This document shows positions 1-9,313 of a stretch of 64,000 nt of DNA, piece by piece. The stretch comes from Bacteroidia bacterium. GTDB lineage: Bacteria; Bacteroidota; Bacteroidia; Bacteroidales; VadinHA17. The notes under the pieces were generated by a model. The model had not been told where the DNA came from and did no database searches. It was given only the letters and a program-made list of their open reading frames with translations. The translations under genes and the position numbers were made by a program. The stretch covers positions 16,821 through 80,820 of the forward strand of contig JAPLEB010000093.1 in NCBI GenBank assembly GCA_026391555.1, read 5' to 3'. Positions within the stretch are counted from its first letter, which is position 1, and each line of letters opens with the position of its first letter.

Positions 1-1728
1 GCAGGAGATATCTACAGCTGGTTTTATTTCAGCATTTATGCCCTGGCTCTTTTTGGAGGGATTATTGCTGACGCTACCCGGAAGTATAAGACTGTTATCC
101 TATTCGGGATAATCGTAATGTTTGCCGGATATCTTCTTATAGCAGTACCCGGAATGCCTCTCACATTTACAATTATAGCTTTATTCACGATTGCTTTTGG
201 AAACGGACTGTTCAAAGGGAACCTTCAGGCTGTTGTCGGGCAGATGTATGATGATCCAAAGTATTCCAAACTAAGGGACTCTGCTTTCATGATTTTTTAT
301 ATGGGTATAAATGTAGGAGCATTTTTCGCACCATTCGCTGCAACAGCAATGAGGAACTGGTGGCTGAAGGTAAATGGCTTCGCACAAGATGGCTCCCTCC
401 CATCTCTTTGTCACCAGTTTATAAACGGTACACTTAAAGATACCACGCAGTTTCAGCAGCTTGCCGATGGAGCCAATCTATCTGGTCATGTTACAGATCT
501 GACTCTTTTTGCCAATAAATATCTTGAGGTATTTTCAAAAGGTTATAACTATGCATTTGGAATTGCTGCAGGAGCAATGGTAATTTCTCTTTTGGTTTAT
601 CTTATCTTTAAAAACCATCTTCCTAATAAAGAAAAGGCTGTAAAGGATGGTGCCTCCGCTATTCCGTTCAAGGCAACTCCTTTTATTACAGCTCTTTCAG
701 CTCTCGTTATTACTGGTATTATCTTTAGTTTCATTCTGAGTGCTGCAACAGGAAGCCCATTTGCCAAAGTGGTTGCAAACGGGATGGCATTCGGTCTGTT
801 TGCCGGATTTGTGACATGGATGCTGATGAGTGCAAAAAAGGAGGAATTTCCCCAGGTTTCTTCATTAATTCTGGTTTTTGTGGTTGTTATCTTCTTCTGG
901 ATGTCATTTCACCAGAACGGACTGACACTTACACTTTATGCACGGGATTATACCACAAAACAGGTTGGTGCGTTTACAAATATCTTTTTTACCCTTCCAT
1001 CGCTGTTGGCTTTGGTAGGATCAATTACCGGTCTTGTGTTGTTAATAAGGAGCAAATTGAAAGGAAATACCAGAATTTCCGGTGGAATTCTATTGGTAAT
1101 TTCATTCTTTTTTTCAACCTACCTTTTAAGCGGATATGATCCGACCGGATTATTTAAGCTGATGAAATTCATAAGTCCATTTAATGAACGAAATGCCATT
1201 TCACCTGAGATCTTCCAGGTGTACAATCCGCTTTTTATTGTCGCTCTTACATTCCCTGTTATGGGAGTATTTGCCTGGCTTAACAAGAAAAACATCGAAC
1301 CTTCCACTCCAAAAAAGATTGGAATTGGGATGGTTATTGCAGCCATTGGTTTTACCCTTGTACTTTTATCATCCATAAAATTGCCTTCACCAATAACACT
1401 TCATGGAGCTTCGGCATCTGATCTTGACAGGATTAGTCCCTACTGGTTAATAAGCACCTATTTAATTCTGACGATAGCAGAACTTTTCCTTAGTCCCATG
1501 GGTCTGTCTTTTGTTTCAAAAGTGGCTCCCTCCCGTTTCCAGGGACTAATGCAGGGAGGATGGCTTCTTGCAACAGCTGTCGGAAATAAGCTTCTGTTTG
1601 TTGGCACATTACTTTGGGACAGAGTTGAATTGTGGCAGCTCTGGCTCGTGTTTATTGTATGTTGCATGATCTCGGCTACCTTTATTTTTTCGATTCTCAA
1701 AAGGCTTGAGAAAGTCGGTAAAAGTTAA
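1..1728 (+). CDS. POT/PTR2 family proton-dependent oligopeptide MFS transporter (5' end outside window)
   Basis: Frame is open from base 1 (AGDIYSWFY...GGIIAD); PTR motifs GNGLFKGN, FYMGINVGAFFAP, ELFLSPMGLS; many TM helices. Confidence 0.9.
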   Translation, partial: AGDIYSWFYFSIYALALFGGIIADATRKYKTVILFGIIVMFAGYLLIAVPGMPLTFTIIALFTIAFGNGLFKGNLQAVVGQMYDDPKYSKLRDSAFMIFYMGINVGAFFAPFAATAMRNWWLKVNGFAQDGSLPSLCHQFINGTLKDTTQFQQLADGANLSGHVTDLTLFANKYLEVFSKGYNYAFGIAAGAMVISLLVYLIFKNHLPNKEKAVKDGASAIPFKATPFITALSALVITGIIFSFILSAATGSPFAKVVANGMAFGLFAGFVTWMLMSAKKEEFPQVSSLILVFVVVIFFWMSFHQNGLTLTLYARDYTTKQVGAFTNIFFTLPSLLALVGSITGLVLLIRSKLKGNTRISGGILLVISFFFSTYLLSGYDPTGLFKLMKFISPFNERNAISPEIFQVYNPLFIVALTFPVMGVFAWLNKKNIEPSTPKKIGIGMVIAAIGFTLVLLSSIKLPSPITLHGASASDLDRISPYWLISTYLILTIAELFLSPMGLSFVSKVAPSRFQGLMQGGWLLATAVGNKLLFVGTLLWDRVELWQLWLVFIVCCMISATFIFSILKRLEKVGKS

Positions 1729-1731
1729 ACT

Positions 1732-4161
1732 ATGAAAGTCCTGAAGTTTGGCGGTACATCTGTGGGGTCTCCTGAACGCGTCAGGGGCGTAAAAAAGATC
1801 ATTGAATCCCAAAGCTCACATTGTGTGATAGTTGTATCGGCCTTTCAGGGGATTACAGATGACCTGAAGCATATTTGTGAACTTGCATCAACAAGGAATG
1901 ATGAGTACAAGGTAGTTCTTGATAAAATAATTCATAAACATGCAGAATTTATAAAACAATTATTAGTTAAAGATAAACAGGATTTTGTTCTTAAAGCCAT
2001 AGAAAATATCTTCAGCGATCTCCGGGAAACCCTTAATGGGATTTACCTGCTCCGTGAACTAAGCAATCATTCTCTTGACCAGGCACTGTGCATAGGAGAA
2101 ATGCTATCCTCTTTGATAATAAGTAACTTCATTGATGATAGTTTGCATATTGATTCCAGGATATTTATCAAGACAGATAGTAATTTCGGATTTGCTAACG
2201 TTGATTTCGCCCTGACAAATAGTCTTATCAGAAAGAGTATTACTGAAACCAGGAAGCATATTATTGTTCCGGGCTTCATTGCCAGCAATCTTCGTAACGA
2301 AACAACCACACTTGGAAGAGGGGGGTCGGATTATACTGCAGCAATAATTGCAGCTGCTCTCGATGCTGAGGTTCTGGAAATATGGACTGATGTTGATGGT
2401 TTTATGACTGCCGATCCCAGGAAAGTTGAAAAAGCCTACGCGATTGAAAATCTTACGTATTCGGAAGCTATCGAATTATCGCATTTTGGTGCAAAAGTAA
2501 TCTATACTCCTACTCTTCGACCTGTTTACAAGAAGAACATCCCAATATTGGTTCTCAATACATTCAATCCCGGGTCAAAAGGAACTGTTATCAGCCATAA
2601 ATCATCTGATGATAACAGAAGTCCAATCAAAGGAATTTCATCAATTGATCATATCGATCTGATCACATTGCAGGGGACAGGCATGGTTGGTGTTACAGGA
2701 ACATCGATGCGGTTGTTTGGGGCATTGGCCAGGCAGGAGATCAACATAATTCTGATAACCCAGGCTTCCTCAGAATATTCAATAACTTTTGCTGTAAACC
2801 CTTCCGACTCATCAAAGGCAACTGATTCAATACAGGAGGAATTCAAAAATGAGATAATCCTTAATAAGGAATTAAAAATCCTGACCGAAAAGAATCTTTC
2901 CATAATCGCTATTGTAGGCGAAAGAATGAAAAACACACCCGGGATATCAGCAACACTTTTCAGGTCGCTTGGCAGGAATGGAATAAATGTAATCGCTACT
3001 GCACAGGGTTCATCTGAATTAAATATTTCGGTCGTTATAAAGAATGAGAGCCTGAAAAAAGCGCTTAACGTTATTCATGATGGCTTTTTCCTTTCCCGTT
3101 ACAAGGAAATGTACCTTTTTATTGCTGGTACCGGTTTGGTGGGTTCAAGCCTTCTGAAGCAGATTCAAAAACAACATTCAACTCTTATCAGCGAGCATAG
3201 CCTTAAAGTAAATCTGATGGGTGTAATTAATTCAAGGAAAATGTACATCGATAAGAAAGGTATTTCGCTGGATAATTACAGGGAAACTCTTAAAACATCG
3301 GGCGAAAAAGGAGATATATCCGGTTTCATTCAACAGATGACAAGACTTAATCTCAGGAATTCAGTATTCATCGATTGCACAGCCGATGAAAATGTTGCAT
3401 CCCGATATGTTGATATTCTTTCAAATTATGTTTCAATTGTAACTGCAAATAAAATTGCCTGTTCCTCAGAATATAGTTATTATCAGCAACTTAGGACCAT
3501 TGCAAATGAACAGGGAGTGAGGTTCATGTATGAGACCACGGTAGGCGCCGGATTGCCAATTATCAAAACTATCAGTGATCTTGTTGTCAGTGGCGACAAG
3601 ATCCTAAAGATTGAGGCTGTATTATCCGGAACTATGAATTTTATATTTAATGAGCTCAGTCCGGAAATGCCTTTAAGCGCTGCCATCAGGAAGGCAAGGG
3701 AAAAAGGTTATTCAGAACCTGATCCACGTGTGGATCTCAGTGGAACAGATGTTGTCAGAAAAATCCTCATACTGGCTCGTGAAGCCGGTTATCCGATTGA
3801 AAAGAATGATGTTCTTGTTAATAAATTCCTGCCCGATGAATGTTTTGAAGGCGATCTTAATGATTTTTTTGAAAAAGTTAAAGAACTTGATGCTGAATTC
3901 GAACAAAAAAGGAAGGAACTTTCAAGGCAGAACAAAAAGTGGAGATTTTTTGCCACTCTCGATCATGGCAAGGCAAAGGTTGAACTTCTGACTATTGGTG
4001 CAGATCATCCTTCTTTTAACCTTGATGGAAGCAATAATATTATTATGCTTACAACCAACAGGTACCATGAATTGCCAATGGTGATCAAAGGATATGGTGC
4101 AGGATCAGAAGTTACTGCTGCCGGAGTGTTTGCTGATTTAATGAGGGTGGTAAATGTCTGA
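1732..4161 (+). CDS. thrA: Bifunctional aspartokinase / homoserine dehydrogenase I
   Basis: MKVLKFGGTSV, LGRGGSDYTA, ACT domains, GTGLVG Rossmann motif, YETTVGAGLP, GYGAGSEVTAAGVFAD. Confidence 0.97.
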   Translation: MKVLKFGGTSVGSPERVRGVKKIIESQSSHCVIVVSAFQGITDDLKHICELASTRNDEYKVVLDKIIHKHAEFIKQLLVKDKQDFVLKAIENIFSDLRETLNGIYLLRELSNHSLDQALCIGEMLSSLIISNFIDDSLHIDSRIFIKTDSNFGFANVDFALTNSLIRKSITETRKHIIVPGFIASNLRNETTTLGRGGSDYTAAIIAAALDAEVLEIWTDVDGFMTADPRKVEKAYAIENLTYSEAIELSHFGAKVIYTPTLRPVYKKNIPILVLNTFNPGSKGTVISHKSSDDNRSPIKGISSIDHIDLITLQGTGMVGVTGTSMRLFGALARQEINIILITQASSEYSITFAVNPSDSSKATDSIQEEFKNEIILNKELKILTEKNLSIIAIVGERMKNTPGISATLFRSLGRNGINVIATAQGSSELNISVVIKNESLKKALNVIHDGFFLSRYKEMYLFIAGTGLVGSSLLKQIQKQHSTLISEHSLKVNLMGVINSRKMYIDKKGISLDNYRETLKTSGEKGDISGFIQQMTRLNLRNSVFIDCTADENVASRYVDILSNYVSIVTANKIACSSEYSYYQQLRTIANEQGVRFMYETTVGAGLPIIKTISDLVVSGDKILKIEAVLSGTMNFIFNELSPEMPLSAAIRKAREKGYSEPDPRVDLSGTDVVRKILILAREAGYPIEKNDVLVNKFLPDECFEGDLNDFFEKVKELDAEFEQKRKELSRQNKKWRFFATLDHGKAKVELLTIGADHPSFNLDGSNNIIMLTTNRYHELPMVIKGYGAGSEVTAAGVFADLMRVVNV

Positions 4162-4201
4162 ATAGTTGAAATGTTGAACACGCTAACAAACGAATAAAGA
4201 A

Positions 4202-5572
4202 TTGAAAAGTGAAACCCTGAAATATTATTCGACAAACCTAAAGTCACCTGAAGTAACTTTTCAGGAGGCACTCCTCAGAGGCCTGGCTCCTGATGGCGGA
4301 TTGTATATGCCTGTTTCATTTCCATTAATAACTTTTGAAGAACTTGAAAGTTTTTCTGACAAAAACTACTATGAAATAGCTTTTATTGTTCTTAATAAAA
4401 TCATTGGTAAAGAGATTAATAAACAAGATCTTTTAAACCTGTGTCTCGATGCGTACAACTTTGACGTGCCTCTTGAAAAAGTGTGCTACCGTAAATATAT
4501 TATGCGTCTGGATCAGGGTCCCACAGCCTCATTCAAGGATTTTGCAGCTCGGATGATGAGCAGGCTAATGCAATATTACCTGGCTCTTAATAATCAACAT
4601 CTTACAATACTTACTGCAACATCAGGCGATACAGGAAGCGCAGTAGCAAATGCTTTCTATGGACTCAAAAACATCAATGTAATTATCTTATTTCCTGACA
4701 ATGAGGTTACCTTTATGCAACGCAAACAGATGACCACCCTTCAAAACAATATTAAGGTCATAGCTATAGATGGTAAGTTCGACGATTGCCAGAGGCTGGT
4801 AAAGAAGGCTTTTTTGGATCCATCACTTTCACATATTAATCTTTCCTCTGCTAATTCAATTAATATCGGAAGATTACTCCCTCAATCGGTATACTATTTT
4901 TATGCATGGTCGAGACTCTCGGAGAGAGTTGATGACAAAGCGGTCTTCAGTGTGCCATCAGGCAATTTCGGGAACCTGATGGGTGGACTTATTGCCCGTA
5001 AAATGGGCCTTCCAGTTAAGCAATTTATTATTTCAACAAATGAAAATGATGAGGTTCCTGAATTTTTACGAACCGGGAACTACAAATCAATCAGTCCATC
5101 AAAGAATTGCATTTCAAGTGCAATGAATGTTGGCCACCCAAGCAACCTGGCAAGAGTTGTGGCCCTTTACGGAGGAATGATGGATGAAACAGGAATCATT
5201 ATCAAAGCGCCTGACCTGAATAGAATGCATGAAGATCTCTTTGCAGTAAGTGTAACCGATGAAAAGACAAGGTTGACAATTGCAGAAATTTACAAACAAT
5301 ATAACATCCTGATCGAACCACACGGAGCTATTGCATGGCAGGGAATAAACGAATATTTCAGGTTTTATAAAAACTACAATTCTGAAAAGCAACTTTGCAT
5401 TTCTCTTGAAACAGCTCATCCTGCAAAATTCCCTGAGGAGATCCGGCAAATTATTAATGTAGACCCCATCCTTCCGCCATCTCTTATTGGCCTGGCTGAG
5501 AAAACCGAAAGTTATTTTTCGCTGGAAAATGATTATGAAAGGTTTAAGGCCCTCATTCTAAAATATTATTAA
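4202..5572 (+). CDS. thrC: Threonine synthase
   Basis: GLAPDGGLY, GPTASFKDF (PLP lysine), ATSGDTG, SANSINIGR, VPSGNFGN, ETAHPAKF. Confidence 0.96.
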   Translation: MKSETLKYYSTNLKSPEVTFQEALLRGLAPDGGLYMPVSFPLITFEELESFSDKNYYEIAFIVLNKIIGKEINKQDLLNLCLDAYNFDVPLEKVCYRKYIMRLDQGPTASFKDFAARMMSRLMQYYLALNNQHLTILTATSGDTGSAVANAFYGLKNINVIILFPDNEVTFMQRKQMTTLQNNIKVIAIDGKFDDCQRLVKKAFLDPSLSHINLSSANSINIGRLLPQSVYYFYAWSRLSERVDDKAVFSVPSGNFGNLMGGLIARKMGLPVKQFIISTNENDEVPEFLRTGNYKSISPSKNCISSAMNVGHPSNLARVVALYGGMMDETGIIIKAPDLNRMHEDLFAVSVTDEKTRLTIAEIYKQYNILIEPHGAIAWQGINEYFRFYKNYNSEKQLCISLETAHPAKFPEEIRQIINVDPILPPSLIGLAEKTESYFSLENDYERFKALILKYY

Positions 5573-5591
5573 CAAGAATAACCATCTAAAT

Positions 5592-6221
5592 ATGTATATA
5601 GTATGTTCTGATCTTGAAGGTGTATTTGTGCCGGAAATATGGATAAATGTTTCTAAACAGACAGGAATTGATGAGCTTAAACTGACCACACGTGATGTAA
5701 GTGACTATAATGTCCTCATGAAAGGGAGATTAGAATTATTACGTAAACATGGTCTTACGTTACTTGATATCCAGAAGGTTATCTCGCGTCTTAAACCACT
5801 TCCCGGTGCATTGGAATTCGTTGACTGGCTCCGTACACTTTCCCAACTTATAGTTGTTTCTGACACATTTATCGAATTTGCTGATCCTCTTCTTAAACAG
5901 TTGGGAAGACCGACTCTTTTGTGCCATCATCTGACCACAGACACAGCAGGTAACATAATAAATTATAACCTAAGGCAGAAAGATGCAAAAAGAATGGTGG
6001 TTGAAGCACTTCAAAGCCTTAATTACAAGGTAATTGCTATTGGCGATTCCTACAATGACATTTCAATGCTCAGAAAAGCAGAGTTTGGAATATTATATAA
6101 CCCTCCACAGAATGTGATTGACGAAAACAACGATCTGATGGTTGTTAAATCCTATTATGATCTGAAGGAGATCATTTCGCAACTTATTGCCAAGGAACGG
6201 TTACCAGACACAGTCTCTTAA
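5592..6221 (+). CDS. thrH: Phosphoserine phosphatase / homoserine phosphotransferase (HAD family)
   Basis: DLEGVFVPEIW motif I, VVSDTF, AIGDSYNDISML; directly after thrC. Confidence 0.92.
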   Translation: MYIVCSDLEGVFVPEIWINVSKQTGIDELKLTTRDVSDYNVLMKGRLELLRKHGLTLLDIQKVISRLKPLPGALEFVDWLRTLSQLIVVSDTFIEFADPLLKQLGRPTLLCHHLTTDTAGNIINYNLRQKDAKRMVVEALQSLNYKVIAIGDSYNDISMLRKAEFGILYNPPQNVIDENNDLMVVKSYYDLKEIISQLIAKERLPDTVS

Positions 6222-6280
6222 GAATTGTTCTGAATGCCACAAATACCTTTATTAATCACCTGAATTATTTTCCTGAAATA

Positions 6281-7126
6281 CTATTGTAAAATTTCTGATG
6301 TATATCGATCTGCAACATCACTCTGATCTTTCGACAAGCCAGAAATAATTACGATTATATTATCCTTCCATGCCAGAAAAATAGTTCCGTTATATCCGTC
6401 TTTTAACATATATCTGCCACTTCCCGCACCGACTGCATCCATCCCGGTTGCTGCAAGATAAGTTTCTATCGATTTCATTGCCTCCGCGGGGGAATTGTTT
6501 TCCATTATAAAGATGGAAAAGTTATCGCTCCCTGCTTCATAAATTGCTTTATATGCTTTGTTCAGAAACTTATGTCCAAGAACACTTTCATTAATGTAAG
6601 TTTCTTCATTTATCTTTTTTCCAATTTCGGGGAACTGTGAAAGCATTGCAGGCATTTCGGAATCTCCCCTAAGCATGCTGGCAACTTTAAGAGCCAGTGA
6701 TTCAGCCGATTGCAATACTTTTTCACTAATTGAATAGGTCCTGATCTTGACATAATAATTTTCTTTAAAGAAATTAATTGCACCATCAGCAATATATCCC
6801 TGAGCTCCAATATTCATGAACCTGAAGGAAGGAGAGCGTTCAGTTGAATATATGCCGAAAGCCAGTGTTTTATCGCTGTGCCGGTATATCTCGAGCTTAA
6901 TGACATTCTTACCCTTCTTATATTCTGCAACATGCAGATCAATGAACCCGTAGGCGAGATATGTATCAGCTGCCCCGTCAATAAAATCCCAGAGGTTATC
7001 AGGAACAAAGACGGGATAGTCGGTGGTCTTTTTAAAACCTGCAAGTTCCGGAAAGGTAAAGTCCTGAGCTAATGCTAATCCGGAAAACACAATCAGTACA
7101 AATCCGATAAAAATAAATTTTCTCAT
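6281..7126 (-). CDS. Secreted hypothetical protein, DUF6599-like
   Basis: Sec signal peptide; NLWDFIDGAADTYLAYGF and AFGIYS motifs; co-oriented downstream of the Fe-S aldo/keto reductase. Confidence 0.6.
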   Translation of the reverse strand: MRKFIFIGFVLIVFSGLALAQDFTFPELAGFKKTTDYPVFVPDNLWDFIDGAADTYLAYGFIDLHVAEYKKGKNVIKLEIYRHSDKTLAFGIYSTERSPSFRFMNIGAQGYIADGAINFFKENYYVKIRTYSISEKVLQSAESLALKVASMLRGDSEMPAMLSQFPEIGKKINEETYINESVLGHKFLNKAYKAIYEAGSDNFSIFIMENNSPAEAMKSIETYLAATGMDAVGAGSGRYMLKDGYNGTIFLAWKDNIIVIISGLSKDQSDVADRYTSEILQ

Positions 7127-7179
7127 TTCTGATAAATTAAATTAAATTAAGAATCCCTAATGGATTCGTAAAAACTTTT

Positions 7180-8373
7180 TTAAGTCAGAAAATCTGCAGG
7201 AACATTTACCAACCGGGATATATCTGCTATTTTCTCTCTGATATTGAAATTTTTAGTACATTCTACTTTACAGATGTTACACCCATTACACGGATTATCA
7301 TTCGTACCCAGCTCTCCAAGCAGAGAGTAAGCCATTGCCGGGTCTGAATAACCATAAGCATACATATATGCTCTCATCAGATCAGGAACCGGAAGGTTCA
7401 TAGGACAAGCCGGAATACATTTGCTGCATCCTGTGCAGTAGAGACCGGTTTCAGCACTTGCAATAATAATGTCATTCTTTTCCTCTTCTGTAATCGAAAT
7501 GTCAGTAAGCAGCTTAACATTAAGATCGAGCTGATCAAAGTTAGTCATACCAGGTACTGTTGTATGAATATCCGTATTTGATAAAACCCATTTCAAAGCA
7601 GCCGTGGAATTAACCGGCCTGGTTTTTTCCTTGTCAAGGAATCCACCTGCCAATGTCTTCATCGCGACAATACCTATTCCTGCTTCATTAGCTTTTTTAA
7701 TCGCAGAATTTAATTCGTTGATATAGGCGTGTTTAAAATTGTAGGCCGTCAGTATTACATCCCAGTTATCTGTTGCAACAGCAGCATTAATAACATCTGG
7801 TTCATTACGGTGTGTCGAGAACCCCATAAACCTTATTTTTCCATCTTTTTTTAATTTCTTAACTGCATTAATAATTGGCTTATATTCAAGAAGTTCCGGA
7901 TTATTAACAGCATGAACGTATAGAATGTCAACATAGTCCATCTTTAGTCTGGAAAGGCTGGTATTGAATTTCGTAAGAAAATCTTCAGCAGTAGTTTTGC
8001 TGGTAGGTTTACCCTCCTTGTCCAAACCCACAGCTCCTACTTTTGTAGCAATAAAAAATGAGTTTCTGGGGTAATCAATTAAAAGATTTCCAAGCATTGT
8101 TTCGTTATTGCCATTCTGGTACCCGTTAGCAGTGTCAAAAAATTTAATACCTTTTTCATAGGCAGCCTTGCAAAGGTTTGGATTATCAGCCTTCATTACG
8201 CCAAAACTGATTACAGGAACCTTCATTCCGGTTTTTCCCAAGGTTCTATAGATTATATTTTCCGCCTGATCTGATGATACTGCCGATACTAATGAGGGTG
8301 AGAATGCAACGATTCCGGCAGCGCCTGTTATTCCTGTTCTGAGGAAACCTCTTCTGTTTATACTTTTCATCAT
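7180..8373 (-). CDS. Tat-exported aldo/keto reductase with C-terminal 4Fe-4S dicluster domain
   Basis: RRGFL Tat motif; YRTLGKTG, FDTANGY, IATK, LYVH catalytic tetrad; CTGCSKCIPACP and CNGCNICKVEC. Confidence 0.88.
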   Translation of the reverse strand: MMKSINRRGFLRTGITGAAGIVAFSPSLVSAVSSDQAENIIYRTLGKTGMKVPVISFGVMKADNPNLCKAAYEKGIKFFDTANGYQNGNNETMLGNLLIDYPRNSFFIATKVGAVGLDKEGKPTSKTTAEDFLTKFNTSLSRLKMDYVDILYVHAVNNPELLEYKPIINAVKKLKKDGKIRFMGFSTHRNEPDVINAAVATDNWDVILTAYNFKHAYINELNSAIKKANEAGIGIVAMKTLAGGFLDKEKTRPVNSTAALKWVLSNTDIHTTVPGMTNFDQLDLNVKLLTDISITEEEKNDIIIASAETGLYCTGCSKCIPACPMNLPVPDLMRAYMYAYGYSDPAMAYSLLGELGTNDNPCNGCNICKVECTKNFNIREKIADISRLVNVPADFLT

Positions 8374-8409
8374 AATATAATTTTGATTTTAAAGGTATGA
8401 TATGATCTA

Positions 8410-9192
8410 TTATTTTAAGTTTCTGATACGTACGGTAATATCGGTATCCTTTAAAAGTTTTACTATTTCATCCGTGTTAGTGTCTCCAAAATGGTAGGGG
8501 TATAAAATTTTAGGCTTAAATGCCCTTGCCGCATCAGCAACCATTTCAGGAGTCATCGTATATGGAAGGTTCATTGGAAGAAAAGCGACATCAATATTTT
8601 TCAGCGCTTTCATTTCAGGGGTGTTTTCAGTATCTCCTGCAATATAAAACCTTTTACCCCCGATAGTGAGAATATATCCGACCCCTGCTCCTTTCGGGTG
8701 AAAAGGCTGACCAGGTGCGCGTTCATTAACAATATTATAAGCGGGTACGGCTTCAATAATAATGTTATTGATTTCCTGCCTGTCGTCCGCCCTCATAGCC
8801 ATAGCCCATGAAACTTTTGCAGTAGAGTTTTCATTGCTGAATAACAGGGTTCCCTGCTTCTTCAGGTTATTAATCAGGTTAACATCAAGATGATCACTAT
8901 GCTCATGGGTAACCAGGATAATGTCGGCTTTTGGAAGAAAATCGTAACTTCCTGAACTCCGTACCGGGTCGATGTAAATAACAAAACCGTTCACTTTATA
9001 CATGAGTGATCCATGTCCGAGGAAGTGCATTTCAACTGTTCCTGCAGAGGTATTTATTTTGTCAAAAGCAGGAAGGTCCTGAGAATAAGCCGAAATGGTC
9101 ATTGAAATAATTATTATGGTTAGAAAAAATTTTAAAGCTCTGTTTAAATAGTAGTTTGCCATAAAATGAAAATTAGAATCTACAATGTTCAA
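8410..9192 (-). CDS. MBL-fold metallo-hydrolase (true start probably a downstream ATG)
   Basis: THEHSDH metal motif, IAGDT, YPYHF; signal-peptide-like N-terminus. Confidence 0.85.
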   Translation of the reverse strand: MNIVDSNFHFMANYYLNRALKFFLTIIIISMTISAYSQDLPAFDKINTSAGTVEMHFLGHGSLMYKVNGFVIYIDPVRSSGSYDFLPKADIILVTHEHSDHLDVNLINNLKKQGTLLFSNENSTAKVSWAMAMRADDRQEINNIIIEAVPAYNIVNERAPGQPFHPKGAGVGYILTIGGKRFYIAGDTENTPEMKALKNIDVAFLPMNLPYTMTPEMVADAARAFKPKILYPYHFGDTNTDEIVKLLKDTDITVRIRNLK

Positions 9193-9313
9193 ATTCAGTT
9201 GTAAAAATACGAATTTTATGTTTTAATCAAATTTAATCCGGTTACAATCATTATATGTTGAATTTTTAATAACTTGCCTCCAGAATTTAGGTTATAGTGT
9301 TAATTAATTAACA

